Shown here: positions 25,677-35,767 of the stretch, piece by piece | Layout of the letters: each line of letters opens with the position of its first letter | Numbering within the stretch: position 1 is the first letter of the stretch | From: Aplysia californica | Lineage: Eukaryota | Reading direction: 5' to 3' | Length of the DNA: 55,339 bases | Assembly: GCF_000002075.1 (NCBI RefSeq) | Contig: NW_004797404.1 | Coordinates: 1,232,775 to 1,288,113, forward strand | Notes under the pieces: generated by a model | What the model was told of the DNA's origin: nothing | What the model saw: only the letters and a program-made list of their open reading frames with translations | Database searches by the model: none | Position numbers and translations under genes: made by a program

Positions 25677-25754
25677 CTTTATAAGTAAACGAATCACATG
25701 CAATTATGTTAGTTCAGATCTGACTTCTGACATTCTCAATGAAAACATTGATTC
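25677..25754 (+). repeat. 78-bp direct repeat, identical copy at 32569-32646
   Basis: CTTTATAAGTAAACGAATC...GAAAACATTGATTC at both positions. Confidence 0.95.
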
Positions 25755-26149
25755 TCACATCCGGTTTAATGGCGGCTGAGGTCAGTCGCTGTTTCTTAGC
25801 TCCTGTGTTATCGGTGATTTTGATACGGATTTCAGTGGAGAAAAGTGGTTGTAAGTGGTGGTAAGAGGTATCATTCGTATACTCAAGTAAGTTTTGATAT
25901 TTTTGTTGTAATTTGTGCACTGTATACTGTCTTTTCTACTGTCTGCATAATTTTTTCTTCTCAGTGAACCTTGCTTCGAGCACGGTTTCATTGTTGTTTT
26001 TTCTATTCCTTCTCGCCTGGCTATCGCGCTGTGTTTTTTTCACTCCCTATCTCACTCTTACTCTTACTTGTTCTTTTCTGTATCCTGATATTACAGTTTC
26101 CTTGTTTTAATCATTCTTCTTAGGAATAACCGTCTACTGCTAAGTGAAC

Positions 26150-27094
26150 ATGATGGCAAAAAATAACAGTGAATCTGTCCCAGCCTGTTTTTTCTTTGCA
26201 GAGCATATTGACCGCTCTGTCACAGGCTACCAAATATGTAAGGCCTGTGAGCAAGTTGCCGGCGAGGGAAGTATTATCGGAGCCCAAAAGCTCTATGGAC
26301 TGTGGAGGATATACCCTGCTACGGTTCAGGCAAGAAACCAACTAATCATTAAGGGCATCATAATTAACAAAATGTTTGTCGCTATCCTCAGCGCCAGCCC
26401 GACGGTGACGAAAGGAACCAAGGACTCCCCCACATTGAAAGTCATCATTGGTAACATACCGTTGTCAGTGTCCAATGATGAAATAGGAAAAGAGTTTAAG
26501 AAACTAGAGGGAGTGGCCATTCTTTCAAAGTTTTATGAAGAATGTTATAGGGACAACGAAGGAAAGTTGACCTTGTTTAAATCTGGTAGACGTTTTGTCT
26601 ACATTAATGTCCCCCCTCACCCTCTCCCCAAAGATTTTCAGGTTGGACACTGGAGGCCAACGTTGTATCACTACGGCCAGAAAGAAAAAAAAGGAGACGA
26701 TGGGACCAATACAACCGGTGGAGATCAGCCCGCCCCCGACACCAATGTTCAAGCGACAATCCGTGAGGCTAACGCTGACACACAGGCGGAGACACAGGCA
26801 GAGACACACACCCTGCGTGCTGTAAGGCAAACAAATATGGACTCTTTTTTCCCGCAGCCTGACCGCTCCCGCCCCCCAGTACGCTCACCCCGAAGCCAGG
26901 ACACAAGGTCTCCAAGTGTCAAGACGAGGAGACATAAAAGACAGGTGAGCGACGAGCCAGCTCGGTCACCGAGCGTGAAAGCTCGAAATCAGGAGGTGAG
27001 TGGCACGAGAAAAAGGCAAGATACGGTAGATTATTTTGATTATGAGGAGCCAGTGACTACCGAAACGTGTGAGCACGAAGAGGTCGGTGCGTGA
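26150..27094 (+). CDS. Tx1-like ORF1p (RRM-type nucleic-acid-binding protein)
   Basis: GAQKLYGLWRIY, KVIIGNIPLSVSNDEI, RD..GKLT.FKSGRRFVYI, LYHYGQ; basic S/R/P-rich tail; no CCHC. Confidence 0.88.
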   Translation: MMAKNNSESVPACFFFAEHIDRSVTGYQICKACEQVAGEGSIIGAQKLYGLWRIYPATVQARNQLIIKGIIINKMFVAILSASPTVTKGTKDSPTLKVIIGNIPLSVSNDEIGKEFKKLEGVAILSKFYEECYRDNEGKLTLFKSGRRFVYINVPPHPLPKDFQVGHWRPTLYHYGQKEKKGDDGTNTTGGDQPAPDTNVQATIREANADTQAETQAETHTLRAVRQTNMDSFFPQPDRSRPPVRSPRSQDTRSPSVKTRRHKRQVSDEPARSPSVKARNQEVSGTRKRQDTVDYFDYEEPVTTETCEHEEVGA

Positions 27095-27181
27095 GTGGTG
27101 TGTCCACGTTTCGGTAGCCATTGGTAACGACTTGGACAGGTAAAAGGACTTTGAGTTTGGTTTTGCGTCTGACTGTTTTGG

Positions 27182-30100
27182 ATGTCTATAAAAATTGCCT
27201 CCCTCAATTGTCGGGGCCTCAACAAAAAACTAAAAAGAAGAGCAATATTCCGTAAATGTACACAGTATGACATAATTTGTTTGCAAGAGACTTATGTCAC
27301 CAATACTACTGCACGTGAGTGGAGTTTAGAATGGTCTGGGGATTTCTTTTATAGTGAAGGGACAAACAAAAGCAAAGGGCAAATTATATTAGTTAATAAA
27401 CACTTTAAGTATAAAACAGTGGAATTATGTATAAAAACTGAGAGAATACTTGGGTTGTCTTTCAGTATTGATGATGTTTCATACGTAGCAATTAATGTAT
27501 ATGGTCCAGTAGTTAAAAATGATAAATTGGATTTCATTGATAAGCTCTACTCTGTTCTTAAAGATGAAAAGGCAGACCACACGATCATATGTGGAGATTT
27601 CAATGTTGTTCATAACAATACCCTTGATATTGTGACAGGAGAGAAACACGACGACATGTCCACACAAAAATTCAGGGACTGGATCGCCAACTGTCAGATC
27701 GTTGATACCTGGCGGGGTGTGCACGGTGAAGAAAAGGATTTCACCTGGTCCAGGCCTACACCCTTTACAGCACGGCGGCTGGACTACATATTTTGTAATA
27801 CTAAGTTATTTCCCTTTGTTATAGACTCTAAACACACATTTGTATATGGTACGGATCATAAAGCAGTCATAACTACTGTTCGAACTGAACAATTTAAAAG
27901 GGGGCCTTCATACTGGAAATTTAATAATTCATTACTAAAAGACAAAGAGTACGTTAACTCAATGGAGAAATGCATAGACGAATATTTAGAACGGACTTTA
28001 GATGAAACAGATAAAACCATAAGATGGGAACTTTTGAAAGTCATGATAAAGTCACATACAATTGACTATTGTATTAGAAAGTGCAGAGCACTCAAACTAA
28101 GGGAAATTCTAATAACGGAAGAACTTTTGAAATTAAATGATCAAGTAGTGAAAACCCCCCATGACCTTACATTGCTTAAACAGTTTGAAGCCAAAAAGAA
28201 AGAATTAGAAATATATCAACTACATAAGGCCAGGGGAGCACAAATACGATCAAGACAAAAATGGATTGAGGAAGGGGAAAAGAATACGAAATACTTTCTT
28301 CGGATGGAACAAATGAGAGGTGGTAGTAATGTTATAACTTCTTTACAGGATGACAAAAACAACAATCTGTATGGTCATGTAGATATTGTGGATAGCATTA
28401 AAAATCACTTTGAACGTTTATATAAGAAAGACCATAATATTGAAACAAACAAAGTTGATGATTGCTTTCCAGTACTCGATGATGTTGATAAAGAAATATG
28501 TGATAGCGAACTAAGCATTGTTGAATTAGATGCCATTGTTAATAAGTTGAATATTGATTCAGCACCTGGAATCGATGGAATTACCACCCCTTTTTACAAA
28601 TTTTTCTGGAGCAAACTGAGGAAACCTTTATTTACAAACTTCCAGCAGTGTCTAGAGACGGGAGAGTTATCTCCCACTCAAAGAAGAGGCGTTATTTCTT
28701 TATTACATAAAGGGAAAAATTTACGAAGGGACAATATAAAGAACTGGAGACCGATAACGTTAACAAACACGGACTACAAAATCTTCTCCAAAATATTAGC
28801 TATACGGCTAGAGCGTGTTATGCCAATTTTAATAAATGAAAACCAAACTGGCTTCTTGAAAGGCAGGTCCATTTCGGAGCACATTAGGACACTTGACGAC
28901 ATTATCTACGTAGCATCTGAAAAAAATCTACCAGGTATGGTGGTATCTCTGGATTTTCAACGCGCATTCGACACTGTAGAAAAGGGAACAATATTGGCCA
29001 CATTGAAAAAGTTTAACTTTGGAGAAGGATTTATAAATATGGTGGGAGTTTTAATGGCTAACACAGAATGTTGTGTACAAAATGGGGGATGGTTGTCAGA
29101 ATGGCTCAACACAGAGCGAGGAATAAAACAAGGTTGCTGCACAAGTCCACTTCTTTTTGTACTTGTTGCTGAGTTGATGTCAATAAAGTTAAGAAACAAT
29201 AGCAGCATATCTGGAATGAGCACAATTTTGTCAGGGGAAATAATTAATTTTTGCAAAGTTTTGCAGTATGCTGATGACACCACTCTGATTCTAAAAGACC
29301 AAGAAGACCTTGCTTCAGCCTTGTTGGACATCGATTCTTTTGGTAGCATCTCTGGGCTCAGGCTGAACAAGGATAAATCACAAGGTATGTGGATTGGAAG
29401 TGATAGAACACGCACTGAAAAATTAGGAGGAATCAGTTGGGTCCCTAATGGGAATACAATTAAGATACTAGGTATTCACTTTAGTGCAACAGAGGAAGCA
29501 TCTCGCATAGAACTTAATTGGATAGACAAAATAGAAAATATGAAAAATATCATGAAAATGTGGATGAAAAGGAATCCATCCCTATATGGGAAAGTAATTA
29601 TTTGTAAAACCTTTCTGCTGTCTCAAATATCCTATATAATTCAGTCACTGTCTTTACCCGAAAGAGTTTTGAATACAATTGATACTTTGTTCTTTAAGTT
29701 TCTGTGGCAGAAGAGGCACTCAAACAAGAAAGCACGCGAGAAAGTAAAAAGAACGGTAATGTGTAGATCGATTGAGGAAGGAGGTTTGGGTGTTATAAGT
29801 GTTAAAGATCAACAGAAAGTTTTTCTATTAAATTGGTTAAAACGTATGGCAACTGTTACCGAAGGCAGACCCAACAATATTCCCAACAGAATTTCAGACT
29901 TAGCTTTTACGGAGGTAGGAGGGTGTGATTACTTTTTTTCGGCTACAGCAAACTGCAAGAAAACGGGAAAATTGTGTCATGCCTCTAAGTTCTGGGAGAG
30001 TGTGATGGATACATGGATCGAAATGGCTTCTATAAAAAAAGAACCAAGCTCCACGATAGAGATACTTATGGAACCTTTGTTCAATAACCGAAACATAAAA

Positions 30101-30916
30101 TATAAAGGAAAATCATTGTACCTAAAAAGATGGATGAACTCGGGTATAAAATATGTATATCACCTGTATGATAGGAGAATATTAAAAAGTAAGGAGGAAT
30201 TGTCTCATATCACAGGGACATATGCTGCCTTTGATTTTGACTATTATGCGTTGATGAATGCTCTTCCTACACAGTGGAAGCAAGACGTCAGTGACAACAA
30301 CACCGAGGAACTTTTGGTAAATACCAGAGAGGTAATAAATACGAATGGTAAGAAAACTGTTCTAGAGATACTGAGCAAATCGAACAGAGAGATCAGACAA
30401 CTTCTAAAATACAGAAGACATGCAGAAATTTGTGGTCGGAATTTTTGGATGAGAAAAATGAACATTGACATAACATGTAAATACAACATAGCACACAGGT
30501 CAACGAAAGAATCTCGACTTAGATTATTGCATTTTAAAATCCTCCATAACATCTTCCCAAGTAACATTCTTCTCAATCGCCTAGGCATTAAAAATACTGA
30601 ACTATGTGAGCACTGTGGTGTCAAAGACGTTATTGAGCACATGTTTATTCATTGTACCTTATTAAAAAACTTCTGGAAATACGTATTTCATACGATTTGT
30701 CTCAAAACTTCCTCCCGTTTTCCCATGACTGACTGTAACATACTTTTTGGTTTCAGTGAACGAGGGCAAGGTGTAACAGAAGCCCAGTTAAACATCGCTA
30801 ACCACATTCTTTTGATCGCAAAGATGTGTGTTAGCAAGTTACGCTACAGCAAAGCGGCAAATATACAAAACTTGTTTGAATCGGAGCTGGAGCTGAGAGA
30901 AAGTAGGTGGTCGTAA
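27182..30916 (+). CDS. L1/Tx1 ORF2p: APE endonuclease, reverse transcriptase, C-terminal CCHC
   Basis: 1244 aa intact; SLNCRGL, LQET, GDFN, RLDYI, TDH; NWRPITL, LDFQRAFD, GIKQG, QYADD; CEHCG...IEHMFIHC. Confidence 0.97.
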   Translation: MSIKIASLNCRGLNKKLKRRAIFRKCTQYDIICLQETYVTNTTAREWSLEWSGDFFYSEGTNKSKGQIILVNKHFKYKTVELCIKTERILGLSFSIDDVSYVAINVYGPVVKNDKLDFIDKLYSVLKDEKADHTIICGDFNVVHNNTLDIVTGEKHDDMSTQKFRDWIANCQIVDTWRGVHGEEKDFTWSRPTPFTARRLDYIFCNTKLFPFVIDSKHTFVYGTDHKAVITTVRTEQFKRGPSYWKFNNSLLKDKEYVNSMEKCIDEYLERTLDETDKTIRWELLKVMIKSHTIDYCIRKCRALKLREILITEELLKLNDQVVKTPHDLTLLKQFEAKKKELEIYQLHKARGAQIRSRQKWIEEGEKNTKYFLRMEQMRGGSNVITSLQDDKNNNLYGHVDIVDSIKNHFERLYKKDHNIETNKVDDCFPVLDDVDKEICDSELSIVELDAIVNKLNIDSAPGIDGITTPFYKFFWSKLRKPLFTNFQQCLETGELSPTQRRGVISLLHKGKNLRRDNIKNWRPITLTNTDYKIFSKILAIRLERVMPILINENQTGFLKGRSISEHIRTLDDIIYVASEKNLPGMVVSLDFQRAFDTVEKGTILATLKKFNFGEGFINMVGVLMANTECCVQNGGWLSEWLNTERGIKQGCCTSPLLFVLVAELMSIKLRNNSSISGMSTILSGEIINFCKVLQYADDTTLILKDQEDLASALLDIDSFGSISGLRLNKDKSQGMWIGSDRTRTEKLGGISWVPNGNTIKILGIHFSATEEASRIELNWIDKIENMKNIMKMWMKRNPSLYGKVIICKTFLLSQISYIIQSLSLPERVLNTIDTLFFKFLWQKRHSNKKAREKVKRTVMCRSIEEGGLGVISVKDQQKVFLLNWLKRMATVTEGRPNNIPNRISDLAFTEVGGCDYFFSATANCKKTGKLCHASKFWESVMDTWIEMASIKKEPSSTIEILMEPLFNNRNIKYKGKSLYLKRWMNSGIKYVYHLYDRRILKSKEELSHITGTYAAFDFDYYALMNALPTQWKQDVSDNNTEELLVNTREVINTNGKKTVLEILSKSNREIRQLLKYRRHAEICGRNFWMRKMNIDITCKYNIAHRSTKESRLRLLHFKILHNIFPSNILLNRLGIKNTELCEHCGVKDVIEHMFIHCTLLKNFWKYVFHTICLKTSSRFPMTDCNILFGFSERGQGVTEAQLNIANHILLIAKMCVSKLRYSKAANIQNLFESELELRESRWS

Positions 30917-31091
30917 AGCTCATCGATATACTTTTCTGGCAGTATATTGCATGATAATATTGTTCAATACCCCATTAGACAAAATTAACGGACGCCTTAT
31001 GTTTGGGAGAAAAGATGGCCAGTCTCTATAGTATAACCATTCCCTCAGCACCCTACTCATCATAATAATAATGTTTAACTCTTCATGGACG

Positions 31092-31094
<3 letters not shown>

Positions 31095-31146
<52 letters not shown>

Positions 31147-31405
31147 GTCTTCTCCTAATCCACGTCTTACTTTCCTTTTCCCTATCTACCTCCCTCCCTT
31201 TCNNNNNNNNNNNNNNNNNNNNNNNNNNNNNNNNNNNNNNNNNNNNNNNNNNNNNNNNNNNNNNNNNNNNNNNNNNNNNNNNNNNNNNNNNNNNNNNNNN
31301 NNNNNNNNNNNNNNNNNNNNNNNNNNNNNNNNNNNNNNNNNNNNNNNNNNNNNNNNNNNNNNNNNNNNNNNNNNNNNNNNNNNNNNNNNNNNAAAAAACA
31401 ACACA

Positions 31406-31442
<37 letters not shown>
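31095..31442. repeat. (TC)n and (CA)n microsatellites around a gap
   Basis: Direct inspection. Confidence 0.85.
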
Positions 31443-31446
<4 letters not shown>

Positions 31447-32467
31447 CCACTATTGTCAGACTGTAACTTGTCCAACCAAAGCACATCTATCTAGATTTAG
31501 CTGGTAGCATATACACAGTTAATGATTTGTCAAATTTAAGATTCATTTTCAAACGTCATTTTGGAAATTACACAAATGTATGACGAGACCGTGTAGATGC
31601 AGACACAGGGTGCTTGATTGGGGAGTTTGAGGCCGCTCCCCCTGAGGCGAGGGGATACAATATTGTGTGTAAATTGTTCCCTCTCGACTCGGGTTCGAGG
31701 ATCCTGTGTCGGAATCTCTGCAACTTCATATATAAATAAGTATTAAGTCTTTAACCCAATTGTGAATTGCTGCCTGCAAACCCCTTGCGAAACCCCAAAA
31801 ATAATCTCTACCACTGTACTAGCTACCTACTAAGGTCCTCTCTTCACTTGTCTTGGTCCGCTAGAATAGGCTAATACTAACAAGGTCACCATAGCAGAGA
31901 CTGTGCCCACCATTTCGGAACTTCACGGTGACATTAAAGATGGTTCCAGTAGGGAACGGGATAGCGGGTGCCCACATCCCTCGTGACTCATCAGAGCAGA
32001 GGAAGATAGGACTAACGCTAACATTATTTTTTTTAAAAACAACAACAATCAAATAACAGAAGCATGTTTTCTTATAATTATAAACGTAAGCACCATCCCA
32101 CATCATCACTTACCACCACCATCACCGTCATTTCTAAGGTCATCATTGCTCTCAGATCCTTCACAAACATCTATAATTATCTTAAACATCTATATGTAAC
32201 AGTTATATGTCATAACAAATTTGTACGTTATACATTATTGGGCACTCTCATACGCACATTTTTCTACTAATCAGATGGCGTCAATATCATNNNNNNNNNN
32301 NNNNNNNNNNNNNNNNNNNNNNNNNNNNNNNNNNNNNNNNNNNNNNNNNNNNNNNNNNNNNNNNNNNNNNNNNNNNNNNNNNNNNNNNNNNNNNNNNNNN
32401 NNNNNNNNNNNNNNNNNNNNNNNNNNNNNNNNNNNNNNNNNNNNNNNNNNNNNNNNNNNNNNNNNNN

Positions 32468-32682
32468 TGAACCAGGAACTAATCTCAACAAATCAGTTTC
32501 ACACAATGTTGTAAAAGGTTTTCTGACTTATATGAACAATAATCATTGTCTATCATATTGGTGGGTGCCTTTATAAGTAAACGAATCACATGCAATTATG
32601 TTAGTTCAGATCTGACTTCTGACATTCTCAATGAAAACATTGATTCAGTAAATAAATAAATACTTAAATAAATAAAAATACA

Positions 32683-32713
<31 letters not shown>

Positions 32714-32849
32714 ATTAATTAATTAATTAAATACTGTTTTTTCTGTATGAACCAGGAACTAATCTCAACAAATCCGTTTCACACAATGTTGTAAAAGGTT
32801 TTCTGACTTATATGAACAATAATTATTGTCTATCATATTGGTGGGTGCC
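32468..32849 (+). repeat. Partial tandem duplication, 280-bp period, containing (TAAA)n
   Basis: 32468-32569 repeated at 32748-32849 (2 mismatches); the 78-bp block and (TAAA)n lie between. Confidence 0.9.
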
Positions 32850-33301
32850 AACATAGTGACATTTGATGAGTTGAAAATGGGAAAACGTGAAATATATTTG
32901 AAAATCTGAATTTGTCGCCACTCGCCACAGACCAATGGGCGAGATAATTACACTTTACATGTGTCCTTTTCTGTATTTCCAAAAAAGAATTTATAGAATT
33001 ATTTTAACGAAGCCCTTGAAAGGATAATATACATACGCTTTATTTAATATCAGATAGTCGTGAGGCAGTCGCAATAGGTCAAGAACAGGATCTGCTGTCC
33101 TAAAGCAGAGCAGCGCGCGTATTTTGTAGTATTTCATGCATTGTACCAAAGATCATACGAGTAACTTCAACCAGCCTCCTCTGGGTGTGAAAATAACGGG
33201 AGAGTCAAGACATGCGGGAATTTTACACGTAGATTTGAGAACTTCTGCCAGTCATCAGTCCATCCTTATCGTGTAAAAGAAACTACATAGAGGCTGACAT
33301 C

Positions 33302-33997
33302 TTAAGGGGTTATATACACGATACAAGGAAGTTTCTAGGGGTTTGACTTTCTTTCAATTTTTAAAGGTAATAAAGGCTAATTATAGAATATTTAGAAGAA
33401 TCATGTCGGAATTTGTCGAGTTTAATGAAAAAGTTGGTTTCTATGGCGGCCAACTTGGATTTTTGGCCATGTTGCGGGGGAAATCGTTTTCCACAGAAAA
33501 TATTTAAATTCAAACCTCAAACTTTACAGACATATTTACAAACAAATTATCTGTGATCATAGGCTTTGACTTTTTTCCTATCATTAAAAAAAAGAAAAAT
33601 ATTGTTATATCACTGGACCAGCATCGAAAGAAACGAGTATGATGAGCGAAAATCGGGAATACTTTAAAAAAATAATCCATTTTTCAAAAAATCCCCGCCC
33701 ATGATCACAGAACTATTTATACAGCACCTGTGTGCCAAATTTCAAGCATGTAGCTCTGATAGTTTAAGAAAAACGATTTCCCCCGCGCGGTCACCATAGT
33801 TTAAAAGTACTTTTTGAGAAAACGCAAAAATAGATTGGAAAACGTCAAAGTTAAAAAATGCATTGCCTTGAACGCGATAAATTGGATATTTTTAAAACGT
33901 TGGTACATTTTTCTGATAGAACTTATCAGGCTATTGATCATTCATTTTCTTTTGAAGTTAGTATACTGAAACAGGGGCTCATGACTACCTTCATTAA
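33302..33997. mobile_element. Probable non-autonomous DNA transposon (Kolobok-like)
   Basis: TTAAGG start, TTAA near end, internal inverted GCGGGGGAAATCGTTTT / AAAACGATTTCCCCCGC. Confidence 0.35.
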
Positions 33998-34379
33998 TCT
34001 TAGTTCTTGCGCTTGACCAATTACGTACAAATTAGAGGAATCATTTAGTGACATTCCAAGAAAACATCAACACACAGTGCGTGCGTGCGTGTGTATGTAA
34101 TTTCATTGGTTATGTGTGTTGGCGCGTGTGTATGTATGTATTNNNNNNNNNNNNNNNNNNNNNNNNNNNNNNNNNNNNNNNNNNNNNNNNNNNNNNNNNN
34201 NNNNNNNNNNNNNNNNNNNNNNNNNNNNNNNNNNNNNNNNNNNNNNNNNNNNNNNNNNNNNNNNNNNNNNNNNNNNNNNNACGGAATTCAAACAAGCGTT
34301 CCCATTTTGAAAGCCATAGACAGCACATTAAATTAATTTAGCAAAATGAGGACTTTACTTGTGGATTTAGTTTTACGAA

Positions 34380-35330
34380 GTCATAGAAGAGAGTCCCACT
34401 ATTCGTACAAAAGTTCTGGGCTGTCAAAGAATGTGCTCTGCGAGGCGGCTGTCATGAGAGCAAGTCTCCTTTGCTCGGCGTTGAAACGTGATTTATTACC
34501 TTCTGTCAATGCTCACGCAGATTTTGTAGAGCAATGTTTTTTAACGTTTTGCCTCAGTTCACAAAGGAGGGAAAATGTCTGACCACACATAATCTTTAAG
34601 TCTCTAAGGCAGTTCCATGATTGGAAGTCCATGGGCTCAGGTGGGAATACCATCAAGTTCTAACACAACGTATCCCGCGACTTTAGTTGAAGTGATTCTG
34701 GTTCCACTCAATGACCACAGCTGCAGTGTGCAGAGCTACTCCCTCTTGCCTGAACCACTGATGTTTCCGCTCCTGGTGTCCCACAAAATTTTCTCAGTGA
34801 TCTTCGCAACAGATTTAAAATCTTCAGACAACGATCTGAATCAGCCCGGACCAATTAATCTGTGCTGACTCGATTCAACCCACGCTGTAGCTTTCTGTGT
34901 ATGTGAAGGTTTCGGTAAACGACGTTGTCTGTTTTTTTCTGAACTCCAGTAAGTGTGATTTCTTAGGTTCACGTCTCCGTTCAGATAGAAGTGGACTTCA
35001 TCGCCAAACTACTCTTTTCATGAATGAAAAGGCCCATTATTAGCACGACACCTCAAAACGATCGACACATTTGGATCCGTTCCCTGGTGTGTTCACATGA
35101 AATACTTTTGTATATCAAAATATGACATGCCTTCGAATCGAGATTTTGTCTCAAAATTTCTGTAAACAAAAATTTATGAAAGGCGGAGCTCAACACTCCG
35201 AATGCGACGACGTACTGATGTCTTTGACGTGGTCTCTTCAGAGCACCGAACAGCGTCAATGTTCTTGTCCTTGCAAATTTATGCTATGTCGTTCACCCTT
35301 CCTTTTGTCAGACACTGACACATATGACAG
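34380..35330 (-). mobile_element. Degenerate Tc1/mariner-superfamily transposase
   Basis: Minus strand: DEVHFYLNGDVNLRNHTYWSSE, HTQKATAW...LIGP, WFRQEGVALHTA, LKDYV. Confidence 0.78.
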
Positions 35331-35555
35331 GCCCTTTTAAAGTATACATACCGTCCAAGGATAGTTTTGTTACCAGGAAAATTGCATCCCATCTTATTGT
35401 TAACGTTCGACGATGAGATTTTTGTACATTATGTGAGATGTAATCTGCATGTTTCAACTCACTTACTTTCAAATTTAATATCGATCATTCAATAGTAACT
35501 GTCGATAACTTGTGCTTGAATTGCACCAGAGTTGGGACAACAGATACACATAAAA

Positions 35556-35583
35556 TACACACACGCACGTGAACTCACACTCA

Positions 35584-35624
<41 letters not shown>

Positions 35625-35679
35625 TAATATACTAAACACACGTATACATACAGATAAAGAGAGAGCAAGAGAGAGATTG

Positions 35680-35765
<86 letters not shown>
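35556..35765. repeat. (CA)n and (GA)n microsatellites
   Basis: Direct inspection. Confidence 0.9.

Positions 35766-35767
<2 letters not shown>

Larger units (their letters stand above)
25755..32290 (+). mobile_element. Full-length L1/Tx1-type non-LTR retrotransposon (3' boundary uncertain, at least to 30916)
   Basis: 5' end CACATCCGGTTTAATGGCGG resembles L1-type starts; ~400-bp 5'UTR; intact ORF1 and ORF2. Confidence 0.85.

Noticed and set aside
31861-32109. Minus-strand ORF with galectin-like PFPTGTIFNVTV segment
   Set aside because: No convincing splice sites or other galectin motifs; better explained as structured non-coding sequence.
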